Assembly (NCBI GenBank): GCA_048405595.1
Contig: DBFJOT010000010.1
Location: forward strand, 71,578-135,577
DNA from: Candidatus Onthovivens sp.
GTDB taxonomy: Bacteria > Bacillota_I > Bacilli_A > RFN20 > CAG-826
Reading direction: 5' to 3'
Length of the DNA stretch: 64,000 nucleotides
Both the position numbers and the translations under genes were made by a program. The first letter of the stretch is position 1, and the number at the start of each line of letters is the position of its first letter. The notes beneath the pieces are model-generated. The model was not told the DNA's origin and did not search any database. It saw only the letters and a list, made by a program, of their open reading frames with translations. Positions 17,862-26,990 of this stretch are shown piece by piece.

Positions 17862-19152
17862 TCCCCAACGCTTCTTTATCTACAATGACACCTTTATGCT
17901 CGATTTCTTTCCATAGAGTTCTCTTTTCTTTATGGAATAATCCGTCCAAAAACGCAAATAAGAAATCGCCAAAGAAAGTCATGTAAGTTAAAACAATAAC
18001 CACCGATTGACCAAAACTAAATTTTAAATTCTTATTATCAACAGCTATTGTAAAGCTCGCAACAAAAATAAAAGTTATATAAATTAATGAAAATTGATAA
18101 ATAGAATGAGCGAAAATATATGCTGCATTTTCTGGTTCAAATACACCAGCAACAATTGATAAAATCATTGTTGTTAAAGCGCTAAGTAATAAAGTAATTA
18201 CCATAATTAAAAATGGAAAAATACTTGTACAATATTCAATAATTGATAGTCTTCTTTTAAATCTTGATTTTACTGGATAAAATTTTCCACCTGTTTTAAA
18301 TCTAGATTTGTCAGCCATAAATCCCCAAACCCATCTAATGTGTTGCTTGTGGAGTGTCTTTTTATCTTCAGGTTGTTCATCAAAATATTTTGCGTAAGGA
18401 TAATAAATCATTCTGACATTGTGATAATAACAATAATTTGTTAATTCGACATCTTCTGTCATACCGTTCCAAATCCATCCACCAACCGAATCAACGATTT
18501 CTTTATCGATATAATAACCAGTTCCAGTTAAAGTAGCTTTTTCAAACAAATAAGATCTACCTTTTGAAGTGAATTGGTTCATAAAAGAGAAAAGCGTAGC
18601 ACTTGTTGAACACACCCAGTTTTTGGTTGCGTTAGTAAAACTACGATAACCAACACCAACTTGATATCCTTGATGTCTTACGTTGTTCATGAGTTTTAAG
18701 TAATCTCTACTAACTACATTATCAGCATCAAATATCATATAAGCGTCATGTTCAACTTTATTTGCTTTAAGATATTGATAAGCATCATCAAGAGCAAAGC
18801 CTTTTGTTTTACGGTTAGTTAAATCGCCCCTGACAATATAATTAAATCCGAATTCCTCAACGATTTTACAAGTCGGATCGTCAAGAGATTCTACAATAAC
18901 ATAAACATCAAATTTATCACGAGGATAATCAATACGTTTAAACGATTCTAAGATATTTTTAATAACTTTTGATTCATTTCTTGCTGGAATCAAAATACCG
19001 AATTTATAATAATCTTTAGCATCTTCAAATTTCTTAGGTGTCTTAACTGCAATAAAGAAATAGAAAATGTAGTACCACAAAAAGAACAAGAAGAAAAGTG
19101 TTGCCAATGTAACAGCAACATCGATCCAAGCACTAATTTCTAATAAAGTCAT
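17836..19152 (-). CDS. Family-2 glycosyltransferase, membrane-integrated and processive type (candidate glycolipid or polysaccharide synthase)
   Basis: GT2 D,D,D motifs (VIVESLDD, FDADN), TED (GMTEDVEL) and a QxxRW motif (KQHIRWVWG). An N-terminal TM and several C-terminal TM segments. 438 aa. Confidence 0.75.
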   Translation of the reverse strand: MTLLEISAWIDVAVTLATLFFLFFLWYYIFYFFIAVKTPKKFEDAKDYYKFGILIPARNESKVIKNILESFKRIDYPRDKFDVYVIVESLDDPTCKIVEEFGFNYIVRGDLTNRKTKGFALDDAYQYLKANKVEHDAYMIFDADNVVSRDYLKLMNNVRHQGYQVGVGYRSFTNATKNWVCSTSATLFSFMNQFTSKGRSYLFEKATLTGTGYYIDKEIVDSVGGWIWNGMTEDVELTNYCYYHNVRMIYYPYAKYFDEQPEDKKTLHKQHIRWVWGFMADKSRFKTGGKFYPVKSRFKRRLSIIEYCTSIFPFLIMVITLLLSALTTMILSIVAGVFEPENAAYIFAHSIYQFSLIYITFIFVASFTIAVDNKNLKFSFGQSVVIVLTYMTFFGDFLFAFLDGLFHKEKRTLWKEIEHKGVIVDKEALGSGNNVEKR

Positions 19153-19201
19153 ATTAAAATTATATTATGAAATAATATAATATGCAATTTACATTGATTT
19201 G

Positions 19202-19250
19202 AAAAAACCTTGCTAAAAACCAAAATATTCAGTTTTTGCAAGGTTTTTGT
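19202..19250 (-). terminator. Bidirectional rho-independent terminator after the MATE gene
   Basis: AACCTTGC (19206-19213) pairs with GCAAGGTT (19238-19245). The stem is flanked by an A-run on the left and a T-run on the right. Confidence 0.65.
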
Positions 19251-19295
19251 TTTGCGAAATTATTTTTTAGTTATATTTAAGTACTTTTTTAGTAA

Positions 19296-20726
19296 TTATT
19301 GAGCAGTTTCAGTAGCTCTCACTTCGCGTCCTTCACCTAGGTCTGTTCCATTTTTAAGATCCATAAGTTTAAATTCTTTCTTAGAAATGATAATAACAAA
19401 CGGAACATAAATTAAATTAACTAACGCCCATGAAATAGGGAAAGTTGCATATAGCCAAGGCAATGTGTGAATCTCAGGAATCATCTTAAACATCGTAAAG
19501 ATAAAGACAAGTCTTAAAACACAAGCGCCAAATAATGTAATAACAGTTGGAGTAACTGGATGTTCTAATCCTCTTAAATATGAGCTTAAAACGTCCATCG
19601 TACCACACAAGAAATAAGTCATTGCAATAACAATAAGTCGACTTCTTCCGATTTCAATAGATTCAGGATTATCAATAAAAACGCCTAATAATTGAGTTGA
19701 GAATAGCGAAGTGAAGATACCCATAACAATTCCTAAAACTGTAACTGTCGAGAGAGCATAAATTAAAATCTTCTTGATGTTTTCTTTCTTTTTAGCTCCG
19801 TAGTTTTGAGCAACCATTGCAACTACAGCTACGCTAAAAGCAAATAATATGTTATAAAGATACCCCTCTATATTGTTACTTGCAGTATTTCCAGCCATCG
19901 CAATACTGCCAAACGTGTTCGCTTCTCTTTGAATAAAGACATTAGCAAAAGAGAAAATAAATGATTCTAAACCAGCAAAAACACCAATCTTTAATATAGA
20001 AATTAACTCCAACTTATAAACTTTTAGAGTTGAAAATGATAATTTAGCAAAGCCATTTTTATTCATGAACAAGAACGTTAAAACAGCAACAGCACTAACC
20101 GCTTCACTAATTACTGTAGAAATTGCAACTCCTTTAACATCTAATTTGAAATTGATGACAAGTAAGAAATTACAAGCAATATTGAAGATTCCGCTAAAAA
20201 CTAAAGTCCAAAATGGTTTTCTCGAATCCCCTAAAGCTCTTAAACAAGCACTTCCATAGTTATAAATCATTAAACATGGGATACCATAAAAATAAATTGT
20301 TAAATACTCAGTTGCCTTATATAAAACATCCTCTGGAGTATTCATTAAAACAAGAAGATCTTTGGCAAATATAGATCCAAAAAGCATGACTATAATTCCA
20401 ACCACAAAGCTAAGAATAATAGCTGTTCCAACGCCTTTTGTAGCGGCTTCTTTATCGTTTCTCCCTTTAGCGTTAGCGATGTAAACATTTGCTCCGACAC
20501 TTAGTCCGGTAAATAAAGCTACAATAAGATTAATTAAAGAACCATTAGCTCCAACGGCATTAAGTGAAGATTCTCCACCACCAAATTTTCCAACAGTAAA
20601 TAAGTCTGCGCTAGAATAAAATAATTGTAACAAAGTAGATAAAATTAACGGTACCGTATAAAGTATCATTTTCTTAAATAGATTACCTGAAGTAAAATCA
20701 ATTTCTTTCGTCTTAATTTTCGCCAT
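19296..20726 (-). CDS. MATE-family efflux transporter
   Basis: 476 aa with 12 predicted hydrophobic helices. N-terminal pattern KKMILYTVPLILSTLLQLFYSSADLFTVGKFGG is typical of MATE/NorM. Confidence 0.8.
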   Translation of the reverse strand: MAKIKTKEIDFTSGNLFKKMILYTVPLILSTLLQLFYSSADLFTVGKFGGGESSLNAVGANGSLINLIVALFTGLSVGANVYIANAKGRNDKEAATKGVGTAIILSFVVGIIVMLFGSIFAKDLLVLMNTPEDVLYKATEYLTIYFYGIPCLMIYNYGSACLRALGDSRKPFWTLVFSGIFNIACNFLLVINFKLDVKGVAISTVISEAVSAVAVLTFLFMNKNGFAKLSFSTLKVYKLELISILKIGVFAGLESFIFSFANVFIQREANTFGSIAMAGNTASNNIEGYLYNILFAFSVAVVAMVAQNYGAKKKENIKKILIYALSTVTVLGIVMGIFTSLFSTQLLGVFIDNPESIEIGRSRLIVIAMTYFLCGTMDVLSSYLRGLEHPVTPTVITLFGACVLRLVFIFTMFKMIPEIHTLPWLYATFPISWALVNLIYVPFVIIISKKEFKLMDLKNGTDLGEGREVRATETAQ

Positions 20727-20935
20727 AAGTTGATATTATACTCTTATTTTTTTAAGTTTTAAATACAATGAATATGAATAAAATTATAAGCGCTTTTTTT
20801 AATAATAAACACGACAAAATAACCATTTTATCGGTCTTTTTTTGTGAACTTCCGATCATAAATAAATTATCAAACGCTCAATCATTTTTAAAATATGCAA
20901 AATATACTTTCAAGCAATTTAAAATTTAAGCCTTA

Positions 20936-20962
20936 AAAATAAAAAAAGAACACTACTGTGTT
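20936..20962 (-). terminator. Rho-independent terminator ending the tRNA cluster
   Basis: On the minus strand GAACAC-AGTA-GTGTTC is followed by TTTTTTATTTTT, immediately 3' of tRNA-fMet. Confidence 0.75.
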
Positions 20963-20978
20963 CGATAATTTCTTTAGA

Positions 20979-21056
<78 letters not shown>

Positions 21057-21073
21057 ATGTCGCTTTTGAGTTA

Positions 21074-21164
21074 TTGGCGGAGAAAGAGGGATTCGAACCC
21101 TCGCAGGACTTGCATCCTCTATCGGTTTTCAAGACCGACCCCTTCAGCCACTTGGGTATTTCTC
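21074..21164 (-). tRNA. tRNA-Ser (anticodon TGA)
   Basis: 91 nt with a long variable arm. Anticodon loop CT-TGA-AA, T-loop TTCGAAT, encoded CCA. Confidence 0.9.
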
Positions 21165-21168
21165 CATA

Positions 21169-21244
21169 TTGGTGGACTCTACAGGACTCGAACCTGTAAC
21201 CGATCGGTTATGGGCCGATAGCTCTAACCATTGCGCTAAGAGTC
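21169..21244 (-). tRNA. tRNA with CAT anticodon, probably tRNA-Ile2 (lysidine type) rather than elongator Met
   Basis: GGACTCT.../...AGAGTCC-A-CCA, anticodon loop CC-CAT-AA. It resembles Bacillus tRNA-Ile(CAU). Its position matches the conserved Ala-Met-Ile-Ser-fMet cluster order. Confidence 0.75.
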
Positions 21245-21280
21245 CACGTTTCGATTCTTTTAATTAACTCAATAATTTAA

Positions 21281-21357
21281 TTGGTAGCAGCGGGGGGACT
21301 CGAACCCTCGACGCACCGGGTATGAGCCGATTGCTCTAACCAACTGAGCTACGCTGC
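21281..21357 (-). tRNA. Elongator tRNA-Met (anticodon CAT)
   Basis: GGCAGCG acceptor, anticodon loop CT-CAT-AC, T-loop TTCGAGT, encoded CCA. Confidence 0.8.
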
Positions 21358-21372
21358 CGAATAATTTAATAA

Positions 21373-21446
21373 ATGGTGGACCCTAGGAGAATCGAACTCC
21401 TAATCCAAGCTTGCAAAGCTAGTGTTATCCCATTTAACTAAGGGCC
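21373..21446 (-). tRNA. tRNA-Ala (anticodon TGC)
   Basis: Acceptor GGGCCCT with the G3:U70 identity pair, anticodon loop TT-TGC-AA, T-loop TTCGATT, encoded CCA. Confidence 0.88.
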
Positions 21447-21478
21447 CATCTGTTGTGCACTCTTAAAAGCGCTCATTA

Positions 21479-21507
21479 AATATAACACACAAATTAAAAC
21501 TTTGGCA
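21479..21507 (-). promoter_or_regulatory. Promoter of the tRNA cluster
   Basis: On the minus strand TTGCCA (21507-21502), 17-nt spacer, TTATAT (21484-21479), with TGT just upstream (extended -10-like). The -10 box ends about 30 nt upstream of tRNA-Ala. Confidence 0.5.
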
Positions 21508-21609
21508 ACACTTTTTTTAAAATTTTTTATTTTTTTTGATGCGAACTCGTTTTTTGTGAATTTCGGCTTCAAAAGCAGTAAAAATCCCAGGTTTTCCCTA
21601 GGATTTTAC

Positions 21610-22527
21610 TTATGGTAATAAATTTCCACTTTTACGATAAAGTGTGTACCATTCTGCTTTTGTTAATTTAACTTTAGTACCATCAATGCTTTCTTGAATA
21701 TGTTTAGTATTAGTTGAACCAGTAATAACTTGAATCCCATTTCCTAGCGTTAATAAAAACGCAGTTGCGATTGCACATTTAGAAACATTATATTTGGCAG
21801 CTAAAACATCAAGATATTCATTAAGTTCTTTCATACTAGGGTCAGTAAAAATACTTCCACCAAAGAAACCTACTTGATAAGGTGACCAACATTGAAGAGC
21901 GATGTTATATCTTTTCATATAAAAGAATAATTCACCAGTGTGCTCAGTTCCTTCTTCGTTATTCATATTTAAATTAAGTACTTCTCTTACTAAGTCTAAA
22001 TGACCTAATCCCAGTTGTAATTGATTTGTTGTAATTGGAATATTTGTATGATCCTTTAAATACTTAAGTGCTTCGTGAGGAAAATTAGATACACCAAAAG
22101 AAAGAACTTTTCCTTGTTGTGATAAAGTTGCAAATGCTCTTGCAACTTGTTCAGCGTCAAAGAATATATCTGGTCTATGTAATAATAATGAATCAATATA
22201 TTTAAGATTCATTCTTTTAAGTGAAGCATCGACTGATTCGATAATATGATTATAACTTAAATCAAAATATGTAATGTCGTTTTCTCTATCTTTTACTATT
22301 CCACATTTTGTTTGAATAAACATTTTTTCTCTTAATTCAGGGTGCTCGCTTAAAACTGCACCAAGGAGTCTTTCAGATTCTCCATCATTATAAACATCAC
22401 TTATGTCAAAAAAATTAATTCCATGATCCAAATCGTATTTAATAAGATTATAAAGCTCATCAACGCTTAACCCTTTTAAGCGCATTAATCCTTGAATGAT
22501 TGGGCTTGAATTATAATAGTTAGCCAT
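21610..22527 (-). CDS. Aldo/keto reductase
   Basis: 305 aa. AKR motifs FDISDVYNDGESERLLG, LLHRPD and GVSNF. Confidence 0.85.
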   Translation of the reverse strand: MANYYNSSPIIQGLMRLKGLSVDELYNLIKYDLDHGINFFDISDVYNDGESERLLGAVLSEHPELREKMFIQTKCGIVKDRENDITYFDLSYNHIIESVDASLKRMNLKYIDSLLLHRPDIFFDAEQVARAFATLSQQGKVLSFGVSNFPHEALKYLKDHTNIPITTNQLQLGLGHLDLVREVLNLNMNNEEGTEHTGELFFYMKRYNIALQCWSPYQVGFFGGSIFTDPSMKELNEYLDVLAAKYNVSKCAIATAFLLTLGNGIQVITGSTNTKHIQESIDGTKVKLTKAEWYTLYRKSGNLLP

Positions 22528-22579
22528 AACATCAGCTCCTTATATGATATAATTGTACAATAAGGAGTTCAAAAAATAT

Positions 22580-23125
22580 ATGAAAGTTCTCACAATTATT
22601 ACTAATGGTTTTGAAGAAATCGAGGCAATCGGTACAATCGCTATTTTACGTAGAGGAAACGTTGATTTAGATATTTATAGTCTTCATAATGAAGAAGCTA
22701 CTGGAAGATATGGAGTTACAGTTAAAAATCTAAAGAATTTATCAACTTTGAGTTTAGATGATTACGACTTACTTTTAATTCCAGGTGGTCCAGAATATCA
22801 AGAATTAGAAAGTAATCAATTCTTTTTAAATGTTATAAAAGATTTCCATCTTAAAAATAAATACATTGCTGCAATTTGTGCTGGCCCAACAATTTTAGGT
22901 CACCTTGGCTTGCTACAAAACAAAAATTACACCTGTTTCAAATCAATGAATGAAGATTTTGGTGGAAATTATATTTATGATTATGTTGTTCAAGATGAGA
23001 AAATCATTACTGCAATTAGCGCAAGCGCAACAATCGATTTTGGATTTAAAATTTTAGAAGTAATTAAAGGAAAAGAAGTCGCTGAAAAAGTTAAAGAACA
23101 AATTTATTACTATTCAAAAAAGTAA
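22580..23125 (+). CDS. DJ-1/PfpI-family protein
   Basis: MKVLTIITNGFEEIEAI... with nucleophile-elbow Cys (AAICAGP). I prefer the ATG at 22580 (AAGGAG upstream) over the TTG at 22553 in the ORF track. Confidence 0.8.
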   Translation: MKVLTIITNGFEEIEAIGTIAILRRGNVDLDIYSLHNEEATGRYGVTVKNLKNLSTLSLDDYDLLLIPGGPEYQELESNQFFLNVIKDFHLKNKYIAAICAGPTILGHLGLLQNKNYTCFKSMNEDFGGNYIYDYVVQDEKIITAISASATIDFGFKILEVIKGKEVAEKVKEQIYYYSKK

Positions 23126-23808
23126 GAATTAATAGATAAAATTACTTGGCTAGGTAAATAAAATAACCGCATCATAAAATAAACCACAAACTGAAAAGTT
23201 TCGCTTTCAATTGGTAAATTATTTAGCGCCACATTGATATCGCAAAGTATAAATAAGAATAGCGCTAATGCTAAAATCAAATTACGTTTATCTTTTTTAG
23301 AATGAACTAAAGTCATTATAAAATTTGATAATAATTGAATAAAATAAATTAAAGCGCACGTTGTTAAGGCATCAAGTTTTATTGATATCCCTACAATTAA
23401 AAGAATCACTGTTAAGCTAACTCTTAAAGTCAAATCAAGGGTTAGCTTTTTTGATTCGCTTCTTTTATTTAGAATAAAAGCATAAAATATTTGAGCAATA
23501 AAAAATGTAAAAATTCCTATATAAAATAAGTTTATATCATGACTTAAGAGCAAGAAATAATCGCTAATACATGTAAAAAGTAACGCTAATGCAGTAAAAA
23601 CGCTGCAAATCGAACGTTTTTTCCGCGTAGCATAAAGTGATGCTAATAAGCAAGTTAAAATTGCTGAGTACTTAATATACTCACTTACTCTTCTGTCAAC
23701 AAAATCAAAATATAAAAAAGAGGCATACAAAACTGCCTCTATAAAAACAAAGATAATTATTACTAAATTTCTTTTAATAAAATCGATATGTTTTTTGTTA
23801 GTACTCAT
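23110..23808 (-). CDS. YhhN-like (lysoplasmalogenase-family) membrane protein
   Basis: 232 aa with about 8 hydrophobic helices. Pattern LFTCISDYFLL in the third helix resembles YhhN family members. Weak call from memory. Confidence 0.4.
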   Translation of the reverse strand: MSTNKKHIDFIKRNLVIIIFVFIEAVLYASFLYFDFVDRRVSEYIKYSAILTCLLASLYATRKKRSICSVFTALALLFTCISDYFLLLSHDINLFYIGIFTFFIAQIFYAFILNKRSESKKLTLDLTLRVSLTVILLIVGISIKLDALTTCALIYFIQLLSNFIMTLVHSKKDKRNLILALALFLFILCDINVALNNLPIESETFQFVVYFMMRLFYLPSQVILSINSYFFE

Positions 23809-23812
23809 TTTA

Positions 23813-25066
23813 TTATTTTAGAACTACTAAATGGTAATTTTTCTTTCCACGTCTCACAATAATAAATTTATTATAAAGAGTAAATGAGCTATCAATTAAA
23901 GTAGTGCCTTCAGTTACTTTTTGACCGTTTAAACTAACTGCACCATTTTTAATAAATTCACGAGATTCTCTTTTTGATTTAGCGGCACCAATTGTAATTA
24001 ATAAATCTTCTAAAATTTGTGGTTCACTAATTTCAGTTTTGATTGATCCAAATAATTCTTCAATTGATTCTTCTTTTAATGAAGCAAAATCATTTGAGAA
24101 TAAAGCTTCACTCATCTTTTTAGCTTCAATTGCACTTTCTTCGCCATGAATAATTTTTGTAACTTCATAAGCTAAGTGTTTTTGAGCAATTCTAGCACCT
24201 AAATTTGCTAAGTGTTCTTTTTCAATATTTGTAATTTCTTCTCTTGATAAGAATGTGAAAACTTTAAGATATTTGACACTATCTTCATCACTTTGGTTAA
24301 TAAAGAATTGATAAAGTTTATATGGTGAAGTTAAATTCTTGTCTAAGAATAAAGCTCCATCTTCACTTTTACCGAATTTTTTACCATCACTTCTTGTGAT
24401 TAAATGAGCTGTCATGCATTCGACATTAGCTTCATCGCCATCAGTTCTTCTAATAAAATCTAATCCGGCAGTTAAATTTCCCCATTGGTCATTTCCACCG
24501 ATTTGGACATTTACACCATAATTATTATGTAAATATCTAAAGTCATAAGATTGTAAAGTCATGTAGCAGAATTCAGTTAATGAAATTCCAGCTTCTAAAC
24601 GTGATTTGACAATATCCTTATTTAACATGTAATTAATTGGGAAAAATTTAGCTGTGTCACGAAGATAATCTAAAAGTGAAATTTTGCTGATCCAATCGTA
24701 GTTATTTAAGATAATTCCTTTTTCAGGATCGGACAAATCTAAGAATCTTTCAAGTTGTTTTTTGATTGATTCAGTATTTTCTTTAACTTTGTCAGGAGTC
24801 AATAAATTTCTTTCTTTGCTTTTTCCACTTGGGTCGCCGATCATACCAGTTGCTCCACCAACTAAAGCAACAATTTTATGACCTGCTCTTTGGAGTCTCA
24901 TTAAGATAGAAATCATAACAAAGTTTCCAACGTGCATACTTGAAGCACTAGGATCGAAGCCACAATAAATTGTAGTTTTCTTTTCAAACATTTTCTTTAA
25001 ATTTTCTTCGTTTGAGTACTCTTTAATAAGTCCTCTCCAATTTAATTCATCAATAATATTTTCCAT
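23813..25066 (-). CDS. tyrS: Tyrosine--tRNA ligase
   Basis: HIGH-type motif SSMHVGN, KMSKS-type KFGKS, and a C-terminal S4-like domain. The ATG at 25066 (MENIIDELNWRGL) is preferred, with AAAGGAAG upstream. Confidence 0.92.
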   Translation of the reverse strand: MENIIDELNWRGLIKEYSNEENLKKMFEKKTTIYCGFDPSASSMHVGNFVMISILMRLQRAGHKIVALVGGATGMIGDPSGKSKERNLLTPDKVKENTESIKKQLERFLDLSDPEKGIILNNYDWISKISLLDYLRDTAKFFPINYMLNKDIVKSRLEAGISLTEFCYMTLQSYDFRYLHNNYGVNVQIGGNDQWGNLTAGLDFIRRTDGDEANVECMTAHLITRSDGKKFGKSEDGALFLDKNLTSPYKLYQFFINQSDEDSVKYLKVFTFLSREEITNIEKEHLANLGARIAQKHLAYEVTKIIHGEESAIEAKKMSEALFSNDFASLKEESIEELFGSIKTEISEPQILEDLLITIGAAKSKRESREFIKNGAVSLNGQKVTEGTTLIDSSFTLYNKFIIVRRGKKNYHLVVLK

Positions 25067-25085
25067 AATACTTCCTTTATATAAA

Positions 25086-25796
25086 TTAATCACGGTATTT
25101 AATGTAAGTTAATCTACCGTTTTTTTCTATTTGAACAATAGAAATAATTTTATTTTTATTAATTATTTCCTTAACTCCGTTTTCGAATTCAATTTCAACA
25201 TCGTCTTCATCGATTTTATTTACAAATTTAGCCATTGAGCCATTTTTAGATTCGACTTGGAGTAAATCATTTTTATGTAATCCATAGTTAACAATACTGA
25301 TAACTGGGATTCCTAAATTTTTATAACCTTGTAAACTACGTAATTCGATTAAGAATAATCCCATAATTGGAATTCCACCAGCTTGTCTAACTAAGTTAAC
25401 CATAGCTTTAGCACTTCCACCTGTAGCAATTAAATCATCCATGATGATAACTCTATCACCAGGTTTGATGCTATCCTTTGGAATTTCTATTGTAGCTTCG
25501 CCATATTCTAATTTATAAGTTTCACGATAACCAACTAAAGGTAATTTTCCAGCTTTTCTAGCGAGAACTAATCCTTTGCTATTGATACTAGCTAAAGGTC
25601 CAGCAAAAATAAATCCTCTACTTTCAGCTGCAATAATTTTATCCCAATTATCATAACTAGGAAGCTCCTTGTTAAGATCCATAATAACTTGGTGGAATGC
25701 ATCTCCATCAGCAAGTAATGGTGTAATGTCTCTAAATTTGATTCCTGGAATTGGGAAATCATTAATAGTTCTAATAAACTTTTCGTATAAATCCAT
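25086..25796 (-). CDS. apt: Adenine phosphoribosyltransferase with a ~65-aa C-terminal extension
   Basis: Apt N-terminus FPIPGIKFRDITPLL and PRPP motif VIIMDDLIATGGSAKA. 236 aa against roughly 170-180 aa for typical Apt. SD GAGGAG upstream. Confidence 0.85.
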   Translation of the reverse strand: MDLYEKFIRTINDFPIPGIKFRDITPLLADGDAFHQVIMDLNKELPSYDNWDKIIAAESRGFIFAGPLASINSKGLVLARKAGKLPLVGYRETYKLEYGEATIEIPKDSIKPGDRVIIMDDLIATGGSAKAMVNLVRQAGGIPIMGLFLIELRSLQGYKNLGIPVISIVNYGLHKNDLLQVESKNGSMAKFVNKIDEDDVEIEFENGVKEIINKNKIISIVQIEKNGRLTYIKYRD

Positions 25797-25813
25797 TGCA
25801 AAACTCCTCTAAA

Positions 25814-26812
25814 TTAGAATCTAGTTGATCCTTTTTTAATATATGTACTTTCAAATTTATATTCTTTTTCAACAAGATTATCATTGATAAGATCAATTAA
25901 CATATACATTGCTCTTTTACCAACATCTTGGAAATCGATATGTAAATTTGAAATTGTAGGTCTAATAATTGAAGAATATTTAGTTCCAATAATAGCGAGA
26001 ACTTCAATATCTTCTGGGACACTAAGTCCACTATCAGTAGCAGCATTTAATACAGCTGCAGCAATTGAATCACGATAAGCGATGACATATTCTTTTCTTG
26101 TATATTTAAATCTTTCTAAGAAATCTTGATATGTTCTTTGATAGCTATCATCGCAATTCATAATGTTATATTCTCTATCATTTTGGAGGTGAACTTTAAT
26201 AAATTGATTTTCAACTCTACTTAATAATCTACCTGCATTATGAACGTGTAAGAATGTCATCTTTTTATCGCCTTTAGTAAAGTTATCTTCAATGATTCTT
26301 CTAATCAAATGTTCATATCCAAATGAAATACATCCAATTTTACTAGCGACGATGTTGTTATTAACATCGATTACTGGAACAGCATAATTGTTGAATACTT
26401 CTAAATCTTCACCATTAAGTTCATCATCGAAAACGATAACTCCATCAACTCTAGATTTAATAACTTTCTCTAAACAATTTAATGCATCTTCTCTACTATG
26501 AGATGTTGTATATAAACTAACTGTGAATCCTTTATCTTTACAGACATCGGTGATTCCATTTAGCATATTGCTAATATAAACATAATTAGCACTAGGGATA
26601 ATGACACCAATATTTGTTGTTTTACTAGTAGCTAACGCTTGAGCGAGGCCACTAGGTTTATAGCCTAACTTTTTAATAGTTGAAAGTACTTTATTTTTAG
26701 TATCTTCTTTAACTGTTCCTGAATTATTAATAACACGAGAAACAGTTGCTAACGACACGCCACAAGATTTTGCGACTTCATAAATTGTAACACGATCTTT
26801 TAAGTTGTCCAT
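25814..26812 (-). CDS. LacI-family transcriptional regulator, CcpA-like
   Basis: N-terminal HTH VTIYEVAKSCGVSLATVSRVINNSG and a periplasmic-binding-protein-like core (TTNIGVIIPS, VDGVIVFDD). The neighbourhood resembles the Bacillus tyrS...ccpA...ytpR region. Confidence 0.8.
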   Translation of the reverse strand: MDNLKDRVTIYEVAKSCGVSLATVSRVINNSGTVKEDTKNKVLSTIKKLGYKPSGLAQALATSKTTNIGVIIPSANYVYISNMLNGITDVCKDKGFTVSLYTTSHSREDALNCLEKVIKSRVDGVIVFDDELNGEDLEVFNNYAVPVIDVNNNIVASKIGCISFGYEHLIRRIIEDNFTKGDKKMTFLHVHNAGRLLSRVENQFIKVHLQNDREYNIMNCDDSYQRTYQDFLERFKYTRKEYVIAYRDSIAAAVLNAATDSGLSVPEDIEVLAIIGTKYSSIIRPTISNLHIDFQDVGKRAMYMLIDLINDNLVEKEYKFESTYIKKGSTRF

Positions 26813-26870
26813 TAAGTGCCCTCCTTAACATGATACATTTTACCACTTTAAAATTTTTTTAAAACAGTTT

Positions 26871-26884
26871 TGAAAATTTTTTCA
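26871..26884. promoter_or_regulatory. Near-palindromic candidate operator TGAAAATTTTTTCA (copy 1), upstream of the LacI-family gene
   Basis: Inverted repeat TGAAAA-N2-TTTTCA about 60 nt upstream of the regulator start codon. An identical 17-nt copy lies at 26967-26983. Confidence 0.35.
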
Positions 26885-26925
26885 TACTAAATTCATAGAA
26901 TGAAAAAATGTTCACATTGGACAAT

Positions 26926-26956
26926 AAAAAAATACGATTACAATCGTATTTTTTTG
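26926..26956 (-). terminator. Rho-independent terminator after the ytpR-like operon (bidirectional in form)
   Basis: ATACGA...TCGTAT stem flanked by A7 and T7 runs. Confidence 0.7.
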
Positions 26957-26969
26957 ATTTATCATCTTT

Positions 26970-26983
26970 TGAAAATTTTTTCA
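26970..26983. promoter_or_regulatory. Near-palindromic motif TGAAAATTTTTTCA (copy 2)
   Basis: Exact repeat of the 26871-26884 element, within the shared 17-mer TTTTGAAAATTTTTTCA. It lies 8 nt downstream of the ytpR-like stop. Confidence 0.3.
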
Positions 26984-26990
26984 AAAATAA

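Noticed and set aside
26871-26884. Calling the TGAAAATTTTTTCA palindromes canonical cre (CcpA) or CodY boxes.
   Set aside because: The cre consensus requires a central CG that is absent. The CodY consensus AATTTTCWGAAAATT has the half-sites in the opposite arrangement. I therefore keep these as unassigned candidate operators.
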